Assembly: GCA_947629815.1 (NCBI GenBank)
Contig: CANRFG010000003.1
Coordinates: 7,148 to 71,147, forward strand
Length of the DNA stretch: 64,000 bases
Direction: 5' to 3'
Source of the DNA: an uncultured Bacilli bacterium
GTDB taxonomy: Bacteria > Bacillota_I > Bacilli_A > RF39 > UBA660
Shown in pieces: positions 9,582-20,721 of this stretch. The notes below the pieces were generated by a model. The model was not told the DNA's origin. It was given only the letters and a program-made list of their open reading frames with translations, and ran no database searches. The position numbers and the translations under genes were made by a program. Each line of letters starts with the position of its first letter. Position 1 is the first letter of the stretch.

Positions 9582-9738
9582 TTAAAAATTTAAATTGCAT
9601 TTTTCAATAATAGAATTGTGCAATTTTTTAATATAGTTAAATAAAAATTATATATATGCTCGTTAACTTTAAGTATAATTTTCATTATTTTACTCTTTAT
9701 TATGTAATAATATAAAGTAAATAATGAGGTGAGGTTAT

Positions 9739-9939
9739 ATGTCAACAGAGTATAGATTATATGATGTAGATGACAGTGAGTTATATAGAAATCAGTCTAA
9801 AGAAGATAAAAAAAAGATTCAGTTAGAAATAATAGAAATGGCAAAACAAAGAGGAATAAAACCAACTGCACGCTATTTTAAAACATATCCATCTACAGTT
9901 AGAGGAATTATAAAAAGGTATGAAAAAAACGACAAATAG
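9739..9939 (+). CDS. small HTH protein (transposase-N-terminal-like HTH; possibly a remnant)
   Basis: 66 aa reading ...GIKPTARYFKTYPSTVRGIIKRYEKN. A hairpin (aaacgacaaatagtcgttt) between it and the fic gene looks like a bidirectional terminator. Confidence 0.4.
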   Translation: MSTEYRLYDVDDSELYRNQSKEDKKKIQLEIIEMAKQRGIKPTARYFKTYPSTVRGIIKRYEKNDK

Positions 9940-9944
9940 TCGTT

Positions 9945-10697
9945 TTAAAATTGTTTATTTAATTTCATATATTTTACTTTTTGTTCTTCTGTGAAATTAT
10001 TTTCTTTAATCAATCCTTTTTCATCAAGTTCTTTATATAATGAAATCATAGTATTAAGTTCATTTTCAGATAATTCTTTAAATAATTTTGCCAAATTTTT
10101 AGCATCGCCATTCTCAATTAAATCACAATACATCTTTTTGTGTTCATTAGATATTATACAAGGTGCTAAACTGTTTTTGCACATGTTATAAGCAAGTAAA
10201 ACCCTTGCAGTTCTACCATTTCCATCTTCAAATGGATGAATGTGTAATAATCTTATATGAAATAATGCTTCAATTTCGTATAATTCATCTTCACTTTTGC
10301 AATTATCTAATTGATAATTGTAATCATCAATTAAAAACCATAAATTATTTCTAATCATTTGTGGTTTAGTTCTTTCTACATTAGAACCAACTACGGAAGC
10401 TTCTGTTGTTCTAAAATCACTTACTTCTTCACCTGTTACTCGTTTTGCAACTTCACATAACAAACTTGTAAATTCATAGTGAGAGAAATGATTTTCTTTA
10501 TGTGTGTCAAATATATAATTTATAGCTTGCAATTGATTAAATATTTTCATTGATTGTTTAACATTTGTTAAATCATCAGAAATACCTTCTAATTCTAGAC
10601 TTGCAAATGCCAATCTGTATTTAAGCATTTCAAAATAATTAACTTTAAATTCATTTTTTCCTTTTAATTCTAAAAACATAAAATCACCTTTCGGCAT
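9945..10697 (-). CDS. Fic/Doc family protein (class II, with N-terminal inhibitory motif)
   Basis: Canonical Fic motif HPFEDGNGRTARVL. An N-terminal SLELEG matches the [S/T]xxxE[G/N] inhibitory-helix motif. Confidence 0.85.
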   Translation of the reverse strand: MPKGDFMFLELKGKNEFKVNYFEMLKYRLAFASLELEGISDDLTNVKQSMKIFNQLQAINYIFDTHKENHFSHYEFTSLLCEVAKRVTGEEVSDFRTTEASVVGSNVERTKPQMIRNNLWFLIDDYNYQLDNCKSEDELYEIEALFHIRLLHIHPFEDGNGRTARVLLAYNMCKNSLAPCIISNEHKKMYCDLIENGDAKNLAKLFKELSENELNTMISLYKELDEKGLIKENNFTEEQKVKYMKLNKQF

Positions 10698-10853
10698 ATT
10701 ATAACATAAATAATAAAAAAATCAACATAAATTATTGAGATTTTATTGTTTTGTAAAATCATTTTGTTTATAAAATAATAATAAAATGTTATTATCACTT
10801 GATATTTTAAAGAAAAATATATATAATCAAAATATAGAGAATGAGGTTTTAAG

Positions 10854-13082
10854 ATGGAGAGCAGTAGGAAATATTACAAAGATATAAATTTTATTAGATT
10901 GTTAGCATGTGCTGCTGTATTGTTATATCACTTAAATATATTAAAAGGTGGTTATTTGGCAGTTTGTATTTTTTTTGCTTTAAGTGGATATTTATCATGC
11001 ATATCAGCATTTAAAACAAAAGAATTTTCTTTATCGTCATACTATTCAAAGTTAATACTTAGATTGTATTTGCCACTTGTTGTAGTAGTTTTCATAACAA
11101 TTGCAGTAATATCTTTTTTTCCAAATATTAATTGGCTTAATCTAAAACCAGAATCAACATCTGTATTATTTGGATATAATAACTTTTGGCAATTAAGTGC
11201 GAATTTAGATTATTTTGCAAGACAAATTAGTTCTCCCTTTATGCATTTGTGGTATATAGCGATACTATTTCAATTTGATTTAATATTTCCTTTCATATAT
11301 ATGTTATTGCGTAAAATAGGGGATAAAATAAGTAAAATAATTCCATGTATTATTACAATAATTTTATCTATTGTTTCATTTATGTATTTTTATAAATTAA
11401 ATTTAGACCAAAATATTATGGCTTCATATTATAATACTTTTGCTAGGTCATTTTCACTTTTGTTTGGTTTATCTCTTGGTTTTATACATTCATATTATCG
11501 ACCTATAATGCCAAAAATATTAACTAACAAAATAATTAATAGAATAATATTTTACCTTTATATTTTGATTTCAATATTTTTACTTATATTTATAGACGCT
11601 AATTCAAAATACTTTGTAGTAACTATGTTGTTAATTACACTAATAACTTGTAGACTTATAGATTACGCTAGCGTAAATAAAGAAAAAATAAATAAATTTG
11701 ATATGTTTATCAAGTATTTATCAGGAATGACTTATGAAATATATTTATTTCAATATCCTGTAATTTATTTATTTCAATATATAAATATTGATTTCTATTT
11801 AAAAATACCAATTATTATAATAATAGTACTTTTATTATCTTTTATATTACATTTTTGCACAAATTTCAAATCAAAAAATTATAATGAAATAAGATGCTTA
11901 GTTGCTGCCTTCTTAGTATGTATTTCTTTATATGGTGTATATCAGTACTTTTTGGCGAAAGACCATACACAAGAAATGAAAAATTTAGAACAACAACTTG
12001 AATCAAATGAAAAAATGATAGAACAAAAACAAAAAGAATATGCTGAACAAATGAAACAAGAAGAAGATGATTGGAATAAAGTTTTATCAGATTTAGAAAA
12101 CGACGAAAGTAAAGTAAAAGAAATTGTAAACAATTTACCAGTTGTTGGTGTAGGAGATTCTGTAATGTTAGGTGCAGTTGAGGATTTATATAAACAATTT
12201 CCTAATAGTTATTTCGATGCCAAAATTTCTCGTAGTGCATGGGTTGCTAATGGTATATTACAAGATTTAAAAAACAGAAATTTACTAGGGGATCCAATAG
12301 TTATAAATTTAGGCGCAAACGGGGACTGCACTACTGCTTGTAAAAAAGCAATTATAGAAACATGTAAAGATCGTGATTTATTTTGGTTAACTGTTACTAA
12401 CGATAAAGATGTTCATGTTAATGACAAATTAATTTCACTTGCTAAAGAATATCCTAATATGCATATTATCGATTGGAATTCTATTTCAAGTGGACATCCT
12501 GAATATTTCTTTTCAGATGGAATTCATTTAACTTTAAAAGGAAGACAAGTTTATACTAAAGCAATTTATGATAGTATATATAAAGTATATTTAGAAGAGT
12601 ATAAAAATAAAATACAAAGCATTATAGATGACCATGAGAATGAAAAGAAAAGCAAAATAACTTTTTATGGAAATGATATTTTACTTAATGCATTTGATGA
12701 TTTACAAAATAATTTTAAAACTGCTAAATTTGATATTAGTAAAGATTTAAATTATGAAACATTAAAAGAAAAAATAGAAAATGGTATTAAAGATAATAGT
12801 TTAAATTATAACATAGTATTAGCTTTTGATAACTCTACTAATATAGATATATCTCAATATAAATATTTAATAGAACTTTGTAAGGAGCATAAAATATATA
12901 TTGTTTGTTTAGATGAAAAAATATTTAATGAGTTAAATAAAGAAAATTATGAGAATGTCGCACTTATTAATTTTCAAGAAGAAATTCAGTCTGATGAATA
13001 TTTAATGCCAGATAAATTACATTTGAACGAAGAAGGAAATAAAAAATTAAATAGTGTTTTGTACGATACTATATCTGAATGA
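10854..13082 (+). CDS. OatA-like acyltransferase-3 family membrane protein with C-terminal SGNH/GDSL hydrolase domain (putative O-acetyltransferase)
   Basis: About 10 N-terminal TM helices with the acyltransferase-3 signature (FIRLLACAAVLLYH). A coiled-coil linker follows, then a C-terminal GDS-like domain (VGVGDSVMLG). Confidence 0.7.
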   Translation: MESSRKYYKDINFIRLLACAAVLLYHLNILKGGYLAVCIFFALSGYLSCISAFKTKEFSLSSYYSKLILRLYLPLVVVVFITIAVISFFPNINWLNLKPESTSVLFGYNNFWQLSANLDYFARQISSPFMHLWYIAILFQFDLIFPFIYMLLRKIGDKISKIIPCIITIILSIVSFMYFYKLNLDQNIMASYYNTFARSFSLLFGLSLGFIHSYYRPIMPKILTNKIINRIIFYLYILISIFLLIFIDANSKYFVVTMLLITLITCRLIDYASVNKEKINKFDMFIKYLSGMTYEIYLFQYPVIYLFQYINIDFYLKIPIIIIIVLLLSFILHFCTNFKSKNYNEIRCLVAAFLVCISLYGVYQYFLAKDHTQEMKNLEQQLESNEKMIEQKQKEYAEQMKQEEDDWNKVLSDLENDESKVKEIVNNLPVVGVGDSVMLGAVEDLYKQFPNSYFDAKISRSAWVANGILQDLKNRNLLGDPIVINLGANGDCTTACKKAIIETCKDRDLFWLTVTNDKDVHVNDKLISLAKEYPNMHIIDWNSISSGHPEYFFSDGIHLTLKGRQVYTKAIYDSIYKVYLEEYKNKIQSIIDDHENEKKSKITFYGNDILLNAFDDLQNNFKTAKFDISKDLNYETLKEKIENGIKDNSLNYNIVLAFDNSTNIDISQYKYLIELCKEHKIYIVCLDEKIFNELNKENYENVALINFQEEIQSDEYLMPDKLHLNEEGNKKLNSVLYDTISE

Positions 13083-13153
13083 TTTAATAAATAGGTAAAA
13101 AATACTAGTTTTAATTTACATATTGTGGTACAATACAAAAGAGGTGTTGGAAA

Positions 13154-13621
13154 ATGAAGAAAGAAACTAAAAAAACAGAAACAAAAGAAAAGGTAAAAAT
13201 TGAAAAAACAAAAATAATTGAGAAAGGAAGTAGTTCAATTAAAGAATTCAAACAATTTATTTCAAAAGGAAATGTAATTGATTTAGCTGTTGGTGTTATT
13301 ATAGGTACAGCGTTTGGAAAAATTGTTACATCAATTGTAAATGATATCTTGATGCCATTAATTGGTATAGTAATAGGTGGCCTTAATTTTTCAGGATTGA
13401 GTTTAAAAATTGGAGAAGCTACAATAAATTATGGAGCATTTATACAAAATGTAATTGATTTCTTAATAGTATCTTTATGTGTATTCATATTTATAAAAAT
13501 GATTTCTAAACTAACTAAAAAAGAAGAAAAGAAAGAAGAAGTAGTAGAAAAGAAAGATGAACAAGTAGTATTACTAGAAGAAATTAGAGATTTATTAAAA
13601 CAAAATAAAAAAAGTAAATAA
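13154..13621 (+). CDS. mscL: large-conductance mechanosensitive channel
   Basis: Reads [40 protein letters not shown], the MscL TM1 signature, with a charged C-terminal tail. Confidence 0.85.
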   Translation: MKKETKKTETKEKVKIEKTKIIEKGSSSIKEFKQFISKGNVIDLAVGVIIGTAFGKIVTSIVNDILMPLIGIVIGGLNFSGLSLKIGEATINYGAFIQNVIDFLIVSLCVFIFIKMISKLTKKEEKKEEVVEKKDEQVVLLEEIRDLLKQNKKSK

Positions 13622-13704
13622 TTTTTACTTTTTTTGATTTATTTACTTTAAAAAATAAAACTTTTGTGTTATTATTTATATAGCGTAAGAATAGAGGGGA
13701 TATT

Positions 13705-14232
13705 ATGGCAATTGGAAATGTTAATTTATCAGTTGACGAATTACAAAATAAAAATTATGAATTTTTTGAAAAATTGATATTAGATCTTATAAATAAATAT
13801 AAAGAACACCCTGACTTTGAAAATTGGTATCTTGCAGTAGGGGATAATGCACAGGGAAGGTCAGATGAAAATTTTATATCTATTGGAATGTTGGATAAAA
13901 ATAATAAACTTAATTACAGTAGAATAAGAATACCTAAAAACGAACTTGGAAAAAAATTAATAGAAAAATTTATTAGGTCTGTATTTGCAGGTGGTATAGA
14001 AAGTATTAATATAGTTAAAAATCAAGGAGAAAATCTAAACACAGTTGGTTATATAACTACAAAAGATGATAAATACTTTGAAGTTTATACAATAAAGGAT
14101 GATTTAATTATAAATGGTAATAAAATAGATTTAGACTATTTGAAAAAAGAAAAAACAGAAGATTATGAAGTACTAGAATTTGATGAAATAAATAATAAAA
14201 TAGACCATATTAATGATATGTTGAATTTATAA
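13705..14232 (+). CDS. hypothetical protein
   Basis: 175-aa ORF. Convergent with the downstream gene. The hairpin aagacactatagaaatgtgtctt lies at 14233-14257. Confidence 0.4.
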   Translation: MAIGNVNLSVDELQNKNYEFFEKLILDLINKYKEHPDFENWYLAVGDNAQGRSDENFISIGMLDKNNKLNYSRIRIPKNELGKKLIEKFIRSVFAGGIESINIVKNQGENLNTVGYITTKDDKYFEVYTIKDDLIINGNKIDLDYLKKEKTEDYEVLEFDEINNKIDHINDMLNL

Positions 14233-14238
14233 AAGACA

Positions 14239-14823
14239 CTATAGAAATGTGTCTTCTTTTATGTGAATTGAGTTACATAAATCATTAAGTTTATTAATTG
14301 TTTCGTCAAATTCACTTTCTTTTATTATAAAATTATATTTAATTAATTCATTAAAACTTTTATTTTCAATATTTGTACTTTTAAGTATATTGTCTATTTT
14401 TTTAACATTGTCATATGTAAAAGTAATTTCAACCTTTTTAGCTTTTATTAAATCAATTATTTCTGTTTTATTTAAAGCTTCACTTGCAGATGTTGAATAA
14501 GCTCTAATTAATCCTCCTGCTCCAAGTTTTATACCACCAAAATATCTAATGACAACACATAAAACATTATTTAGATTATTATTTTCTAAAACTTTTAATA
14601 TAGGCATACCAGCTGTTTTACTTGGTTCGTTATCATCATTAAATCTTTTTTCATTTCCTATTATATATGCATAACATATATGAGTTGAATCTTTATATTG
14701 TTTTTTTAATTCATTTAAAATATTATTGAATTTGCAAATATCGTAAATTTTATATAATTTAGTTATAAATTTAGATTTTCTAATAATAATTTCATTTTCT
14801 ACATCATATTTGATTGATTTCAT
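14239..14823 (-). CDS. IMPACT/YigZ family protein (UPF0029)
   Basis: Reads HICYAY...SKTAGMPILKVLENNNLNNVLCVVIRYFGGIKLGAGGLIRAY, the IMPACT-domain signature. Confidence 0.7.
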   Translation of the reverse strand: MKSIKYDVENEIIIRKSKFITKLYKIYDICKFNNILNELKKQYKDSTHICYAYIIGNEKRFNDDNEPSKTAGMPILKVLENNNLNNVLCVVIRYFGGIKLGAGGLIRAYSTSASEALNKTEIIDLIKAKKVEITFTYDNVKKIDNILKSTNIENKSFNELIKYNFIIKESEFDETINKLNDLCNSIHIKEDTFL

Positions 14824-14933
14824 AAAATCACCAATATAATTATATATTAGTGTGTTTTATAAATCAAATGTGAAGTTCTATTTATATTTCAAAATGAATA
14901 TTATTATGGTATAATGAATAAGAAGGTGATAAG

Positions 14934-16016
14934 GTGAGAGTAATAATAAGCGCCGGTGGGACAGGTGGTCATATTTATCCTGCACTTGCTATTATAAATA
15001 AAATAAAAGAATTTGAACCTGATAGTGAGTTTTTATATATAGGAACACATAATAGAATGGAAAAAGATATTATACCAAAATACAATATTCCATTTACAAC
15101 AATTGAAATGTATGGATTTAATAGAAAAAAACTTTTAAAAAACTTTAAAACTTTAAAATATTTAATTAAAAGTTACAGAAAATGTAGAACTATTATTAAA
15201 GAGTTTAATCCTGATATAGTAATAGGAGTTGGAGGATATGTAACAGGACCTGTTATTTATGCAGCTAAAAAATTAGGATATAAAACATTTATACATGAAC
15301 AAAATAGTATTCCTGGTAAATGTAACTTGTTCTTAAGTAAACATGTAAATAAAATTGGAATTTCGCTTAAATCTTCAATAAAATATTTCCCTGAATATAA
15401 ATGTGTATTTACAGGAAATCCTTGCAGTGAAGACGCTATTAACAAACCTGCTCAAAATAAACAAGATTTTGGCTTGAATCCTAATAAGAAACTTGTTCTT
15501 TTTGTAATGGGGTCACTAGGTTCATCAAAAATAAATGATATATTAATAAAAGCTATGAATTTGTTTAAAGAAAAAGATTATGAGATACTTTTTGTAACAG
15601 GGAATTCTTCATATGAAGAAATAAAAGATATGAAATTTTCATCCAATGTAAAAGTTGTACCATACATAGAAAATTTAACTAGGATAATGAAAAATACTGA
15701 TTTAATAGTATCAAGAGCAGGAGCATCAACGCTTAGTGAATTGATTGCGCTTAAATTACCATCAATATTAATACCAAGCCCTTATGTACCAGATAACCAT
15801 CAATATAAAAATGCATTAGACTTATCAAAAAATAATGCCGCTATATTAATTGAAGAAAAAGATTTAAATGGTAATATATTGGTTAAAACTATAGATGAAT
15901 TATTATATGATGATGAAAAAATACAAGAAATAAAACAAAATTTGGAAAAATTATATGTCCCTAATAGTGCGACTAAAATATATAAAACTATTAGAGATGT
16001 AATAGATGGGAAGTAA
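14934..16016 (+). CDS. murG: undecaprenyldiphospho-muramoylpentapeptide beta-N-acetylglucosaminyltransferase
   Basis: N-terminus RVIISAGGTGGHIYPALAI. GT28 family. GTG start. Confidence 0.9.
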   Translation: MRVIISAGGTGGHIYPALAIINKIKEFEPDSEFLYIGTHNRMEKDIIPKYNIPFTTIEMYGFNRKKLLKNFKTLKYLIKSYRKCRTIIKEFNPDIVIGVGGYVTGPVIYAAKKLGYKTFIHEQNSIPGKCNLFLSKHVNKIGISLKSSIKYFPEYKCVFTGNPCSEDAINKPAQNKQDFGLNPNKKLVLFVMGSLGSSKINDILIKAMNLFKEKDYEILFVTGNSSYEEIKDMKFSSNVKVVPYIENLTRIMKNTDLIVSRAGASTLSELIALKLPSILIPSPYVPDNHQYKNALDLSKNNAAILIEEKDLNGNILVKTIDELLYDDEKIQEIKQNLEKLYVPNSATKIYKTIRDVIDGK

Positions 16017-16018
16017 AT

Positions 16019-16912
16019 ATGGAAATTTGTGACATAAAAAAAATAAAATGTGGTAAAGTTTTAGAAAATGTTGATTTAAAAAAATATACTACATTTAAAT
16101 TACAGGCAACAGCAAAATATTTAGTAATACCAAAAACAATAGAAGAGTTGTTAAATACAATTAAATTTGTCAAAATGAATAATATAAAATATAAAATAAT
16201 AGGGAATGGTTCTAATTTAATATTTGTTAATAATTACTATGATGGAATATTAATAAAACTAGAAGAAATTTCACATTTAAAAATAGAAGAAAATAAAGTA
16301 ATAGTAGGAGCAGGATATAGTCTTATTAAACTTGCAAATAAAGTGTCTAAATTAGGCTATTCTGGATTAGAGTTCGCAACAGGTATACCAGCAACAGTAG
16401 GTGGCGCCATATATATGAATGCAGGTGCTTACAATAGTGATATGGGCTATGTAGTAAGTGAAATAAAAGTGTTAACTCCTTCTTTGGAAATTAAGACTTT
16501 ATATAATAAAGATTTAGATTTCCATTATAGAAAATCATTTTTACAAGATAACAAAGATTATATATGTATAGAAGCAACAATAATACTAAAGAAAGCAAAT
16601 CGTGATGAGATATTAGACCTTATAGAAGAAAGAAAAAGTAGAAGACTTATGACACAACCACTTGAATATCCATCAGCAGGCTCTGTATTTAGAAACCCTA
16701 CAAATGATTATGCAGGAAGATTAATAGAAGAAATAGGGTATAAAGGTAAAAAAATAGGTGACGCACAAGTAAGTGAAAAACACGCTAATTTTATTATAAA
16801 TACAGGTAACGCTACTGGAAAAGAAGTTTATTTATTAATAAAAGAAATACAAGAAAAAGTAAAAGAAATATATAAAATTGAATTAAAAGTTGAACAAGAA
16901 TTTGTAGAATAA
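16019..16912 (+). CDS. murB: UDP-N-acetylenolpyruvoylglucosamine reductase
   Basis: FAD-binding blocks GNGSNLIF and SAGSVFRNP. Sits immediately after murG. Confidence 0.9.
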   Translation: MEICDIKKIKCGKVLENVDLKKYTTFKLQATAKYLVIPKTIEELLNTIKFVKMNNIKYKIIGNGSNLIFVNNYYDGILIKLEEISHLKIEENKVIVGAGYSLIKLANKVSKLGYSGLEFATGIPATVGGAIYMNAGAYNSDMGYVVSEIKVLTPSLEIKTLYNKDLDFHYRKSFLQDNKDYICIEATIILKKANRDEILDLIEERKSRRLMTQPLEYPSAGSVFRNPTNDYAGRLIEEIGYKGKKIGDAQVSEKHANFIINTGNATGKEVYLLIKEIQEKVKEIYKIELKVEQEFVE

Positions 16913-16923
16913 AAGGTGATATT

Positions 16924-17694
16924 ATGGCTAGTAGAAGCGATAGATATAATAACTATGTAACTAATAGTAAAACTAATAATAAAAAGGTCCAAAAAGTAAA
17001 AAAAGTCCAAAAAGTACAAAAGGTAAAAGAAAAGAAGAAAGTTAAAATAAATTATAAAAAATTAATAATATTTATAATAATATTAATATTAATAATATTT
17101 GCTATTTTATCTTTTTTAAGATTAAGAATAACAAACATATATATATCAGGTAATAATTTATTAAGTGAAAAAGAAATAATAAATATCGCTTCAGTATCTG
17201 ATTATCCAAATACATTCCTTAATTTATCACCTATAATAGAAAGTAGATTGGAAAAAAATACCTATATAAAATCTGCAAAAGTTTATAAAAAATGGTTTAC
17301 AATTTTATATATCGATATAGAAGAAAATAGACCACTATTTTATAATGATTCAACTAATGAAACAGTATTATTAGATGGCACTAAAGTATCTGATAAGTTT
17401 GAGTGTCCTACATTAGTTAATATTATACCAGATACTTTGTATGATAAGTTTGTTACTAAAATGTCAGAAATAGATGTTAATGTATTAAATAAAGTATCTG
17501 AAATCAAGTATGACAAAAACGAAGTAGACGAAACAAGATTTTTGTTTACCATGACTGATGGTAATTATGTTTATTTAACATTGAATACCTTTGAAAAAGT
17601 AAATGATTATATAAATATAGTTAAAAAATTTAATAATTCAAAAGGTATTTTATATCTTGATTCAGGAGAATATTTTAAAATTTTTGAGAATTAG
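16924..17694 (+). CDS. ftsQ: cell division protein FtsQ/DivIB
   Basis: Lysine-rich N-terminus, one TM helix, POTRA-like region (ITNIYISGNNLLSEKEI). Position between murB and ftsA. Confidence 0.65.
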   Translation: MASRSDRYNNYVTNSKTNNKKVQKVKKVQKVQKVKEKKKVKINYKKLIIFIIILILIIFAILSFLRLRITNIYISGNNLLSEKEIINIASVSDYPNTFLNLSPIIESRLEKNTYIKSAKVYKKWFTILYIDIEENRPLFYNDSTNETVLLDGTKVSDKFECPTLVNIIPDTLYDKFVTKMSEIDVNVLNKVSEIKYDKNEVDETRFLFTMTDGNYVYLTLNTFEKVNDYINIVKKFNNSKGILYLDSGEYFKIFEN

Positions 17695-17771
17695 AATACT
17701 TTTTTCTAATTTTTTCTTTTTTTTTTAAAATAAATATAGTATAATTGTTTTAGATTATAGGAGATGATACA

Positions 17772-19007
17772 GTGAAGCATATATATACAAGCATTGATAT
17801 TGGTTCAGATACAATCAAAGTAGTAACAGCTGAACTGTATAAAGGAAAATTAAATTTGCTTGCAGCTTCTTCAACAAAATCAAAAGGAATAAAAAAAGGA
17901 TTAATTACAGATGTTAATTTAGCAACAGCATCTTTAAAACAAGCAATAAGTGAAGTAGAAGATATGCTTGGAATAAAAATAAAAAAAGTTATTACTACTA
18001 TACCAAGTTATTTTGCAGAATTTACTAAAATTGATGGGGAAATAAAAATATCAAACGAACAACATATGATAACAGGAGAAGATGTAGTAAAGGTTTTACA
18101 ACAATCAATGAAAGCAAAATTAACATCAAATAGAGAAATGGTAACTATTATACCAATAGATTTTTCAGTAGATAGTAAAACAGGAATTAAAGACCCAAAA
18201 GGAATGTTTGGCGATATTTTAAGAGCTCGTGGTATATTAATTTCAACACCTAAAAAAAATATTTATTCAGTAGTTAGTTTAATAGAAAATATTGGAATAG
18301 AAGTAGTAGATATATCTTTAAATAGTATAGGAGATATAAATGCTTTAAAAGTAAAAGGAATGGAAGAAAAGTTAGGAGCAATTATAAATATAGGTTCTGA
18401 AACTACGACTGTTTCTATATATAATAAAAATATATTGATAAAAAATAGTATTATTGGAATGTCTGGAAGAGATGTTGATAATGATATTGCTTATATGTAT
18501 AAAATAGATTTAGATACAGCAAAAAAAATAAAAGAGAAATTTGCACTTGCTCATAAAAAATATGCAAGTAGTTCTGAAATATTTGAATTGCCTGGTGATA
18601 GAAAAATTAATCAAGCAGAAGTATCAGAATACGCTATGTCTAGATTAGAAGATATTCTTACTTTAGCGAAAACTGAACTTTTAGAATTGACAAATCGTGA
18701 AATGGAATATATTATTATTACAGGAGGTATGAGCAACATGAATCATTTTGAACTTGTTGCAGAATCTATCTTCGGTAAAAATGTTATTATAGGAAATGTA
18801 AGATTGATTGGAATTAGAAATAATAAATATTCATCTGCTATAGGTAACATAGTATATTTTATAAATAAATTAAAAGTAAAAGGAAAAAATTACACAATGG
18901 TAAATGATACAGATATGGAAGTTTTATCATCTACTAAAAAGAACTTAATAAATGTTTCGAATGAATCAATGTTAGGTAAAGTATTTGGATACTTTTTCGG
19001 TGAATAG
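17772..19007 (+). CDS. ftsA: cell division protein FtsA
   Basis: Actin-like ATPase N-terminus [15 protein letters not shown]. Directly upstream of ftsZ. Confidence 0.85.
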   Translation: MKHIYTSIDIGSDTIKVVTAELYKGKLNLLAASSTKSKGIKKGLITDVNLATASLKQAISEVEDMLGIKIKKVITTIPSYFAEFTKIDGEIKISNEQHMITGEDVVKVLQQSMKAKLTSNREMVTIIPIDFSVDSKTGIKDPKGMFGDILRARGILISTPKKNIYSVVSLIENIGIEVVDISLNSIGDINALKVKGMEEKLGAIINIGSETTTVSIYNKNILIKNSIIGMSGRDVDNDIAYMYKIDLDTAKKIKEKFALAHKKYASSSEIFELPGDRKINQAEVSEYAMSRLEDILTLAKTELLELTNREMEYIIITGGMSNMNHFELVAESIFGKNVIIGNVRLIGIRNNKYSSAIGNIVYFINKLKVKGKNYTMVNDTDMEVLSSTKKNLINVSNESMLGKVFGYFFGE

Positions 19008-19018
19008 GAGGAAATAAA

Positions 19019-20086
19019 ATGTTTGACTTAGAAATGGACCAATTAGCTAAAATAAAAGTAATAGGAGTTGGTGGTGGAGGCGGAAATGCTGTAAATCGTA
19101 TGATAGAATCAGGAGTTAAAGGAGTAGACTTTATTGTTGCTAATACAGACTTACAAGTATTAAATAACTCTAAAGCACCTGTTAAAATACAAATAGGTAG
19201 TGAACTTACAAATGGACTTGGAGCTGGAGCAAATCCTGAAATAGGAAAAGAAGCTGCTTTGGAGTCTAAGGCAGAATTAGAAGCTGCTTTAGAAGGAGCA
19301 GACATGGTTTTCATCACATGTGGAATGGGTGGTGGAACAGGAACAGGAGCTGCGCCTATAATTGCTGATATTTCTCAACAATTAGGAGCTTTAACTGTTG
19401 GAATTGTTACAAAACCATTTTCGTTTGAAGGTAAAAAAAGAATGCAACATGCATTAGATGGACTTGAAGAATTGAAAAAGCATGTAGATACTTTAATAGT
19501 TATTCCAAATGATAGATTAAGAGAAATAATAGATAAAACAACTCCACTTCTTGAATCATTTAGAGAAGTTGATAATGTATTAAGAAGAGGTGTTCAATCA
19601 ATTTCTGACCTTATTGCAGTAGCTGGATTAATTAACCTTGACTTTGCTGATGTTAAAGCAGTAATGGAAAAGAGAGGAAATGCATTAATTGGTATTGGAA
19701 TTGGTGTTGGAGAAAATAGAGCAACTGAAGCTGCGTTACAAGCTGTATCAAGCCCACTACTTGAAACTAGTATAGATGGAGCAACTGATGCAATAATAAA
19801 TGTAACAGGTGGTTCTAACTTAACTTTATTTGAAGTAGAAGAAGCAGCAGAAACTATAAGAACAAGTGCAAATACAGATATAAATACTATATTTGGTGCT
19901 GTAATTAATGAAAATTTAAATGATGAAATAATTGTTACTGTAATCGCAACAGGTTTTGAAGATGATAAAGACCCTTTATATAAACCATATGATAAAGTTG
20001 AAAAGAAAGTTGAAACAACTGTACCATCTGATGATGATGAAGGAGAAACTAATATACCATCATTCTTAAGAAAAAGAGGATTTTAA
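19019..20086 (+). CDS. ftsZ: cell division GTPase FtsZ
   Basis: Reads [13 protein letters not shown], the tubulin signature, and ends in a PSFLRKR C-terminal peptide. A terminator hairpin follows at 20087-20112. Confidence 0.95.
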   Translation: MFDLEMDQLAKIKVIGVGGGGGNAVNRMIESGVKGVDFIVANTDLQVLNNSKAPVKIQIGSELTNGLGAGANPEIGKEAALESKAELEAALEGADMVFITCGMGGGTGTGAAPIIADISQQLGALTVGIVTKPFSFEGKKRMQHALDGLEELKKHVDTLIVIPNDRLREIIDKTTPLLESFREVDNVLRRGVQSISDLIAVAGLINLDFADVKAVMEKRGNALIGIGIGVGENRATEAALQAVSSPLLETSIDGATDAIINVTGGSNLTLFEVEEAAETIRTSANTDINTIFGAVINENLNDEIIVTVIATGFEDDKDPLYKPYDKVEKKVETTVPSDDDEGETNIPSFLRKRGF

Positions 20087-20112
20087 AAGCAAATAAGTTT
20101 GCTTTTTAATTT
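20087..20112 (+). terminator. rho-independent terminator after ftsZ
   Basis: Hairpin aagcaaataagtttgctt followed by ttttt. Confidence 0.6.
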
Positions 20113-20243
20113 TGCAAAAAAAAATAATTTCTACTTTTAGTTCATTCAAAAAAAAGAATCAATATTATAAAATTTGTTTGAAAGGAAAATATAAATCAAG
20201 AGCGTATTGGAAAATTTATAGTAGAATGCACAAAAAACAATAA

Positions 20244-20441
20244 TTGACACAAGAAGATTTAGCAGAACAATTAGGAGTAAGTAACAAAACAATATCAAAA
20301 TGGGAAAACGCTAAATGTATGCCAGATTATTCAATACTTCCAATGTTATGTGATAAACTTGGTGTAACTATAACAGAATTATTAAGTGGGGAAAAAATAA
20401 AAGAAGAATATGAAAAAAATTTGAAAAAATTTTTATTGTAA
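20244..20441 (+). CDS. XRE-family HTH protein, N-terminally short/possibly disrupted
   Basis: Reads TQEDLAEQLGVSNKTISKWEN. An in-frame ATG at 20226 gives MHKKQ, then a TAA stop, directly upstream. The annotated start is a TTG. Confidence 0.4.
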   Translation: MTQEDLAEQLGVSNKTISKWENAKCMPDYSILPMLCDKLGVTITELLSGEKIKEEYEKNLKKFLL

Positions 20442-20721
20442 ACATGGATTTATTAAAGAAAAGAACAAAAAAATAATATCATATATAATAATTATTATTT
20501 TAAGGCATATCAAACAATAGATATGCCTTAAAATATTGGCAATTATTCTTCATCTGTAAATACTATATTTGAATCCAATTTATCTTCTATTACAGCATAT
20601 TATAAAGTAATATATGAAAAAGGTATGGACTTAAAGGATTAAAAATTTATCATTAAAAACCTTAATAAATTTGATAAAAATAAAAAAAACTGATATAATC
20701 TTTGATTGTGAGGTGTTACTT

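Noticed and set aside
20493-20524. Perfect inverted repeat taaggcatatc-aaacaata-gatatgcctta as a regulatory site
   Set aside because: It lies in an intergenic region after a truncated XRE gene and is probably a transcription terminator or attenuator hairpin. No repeated occurrence elsewhere in the window supports an operator role.
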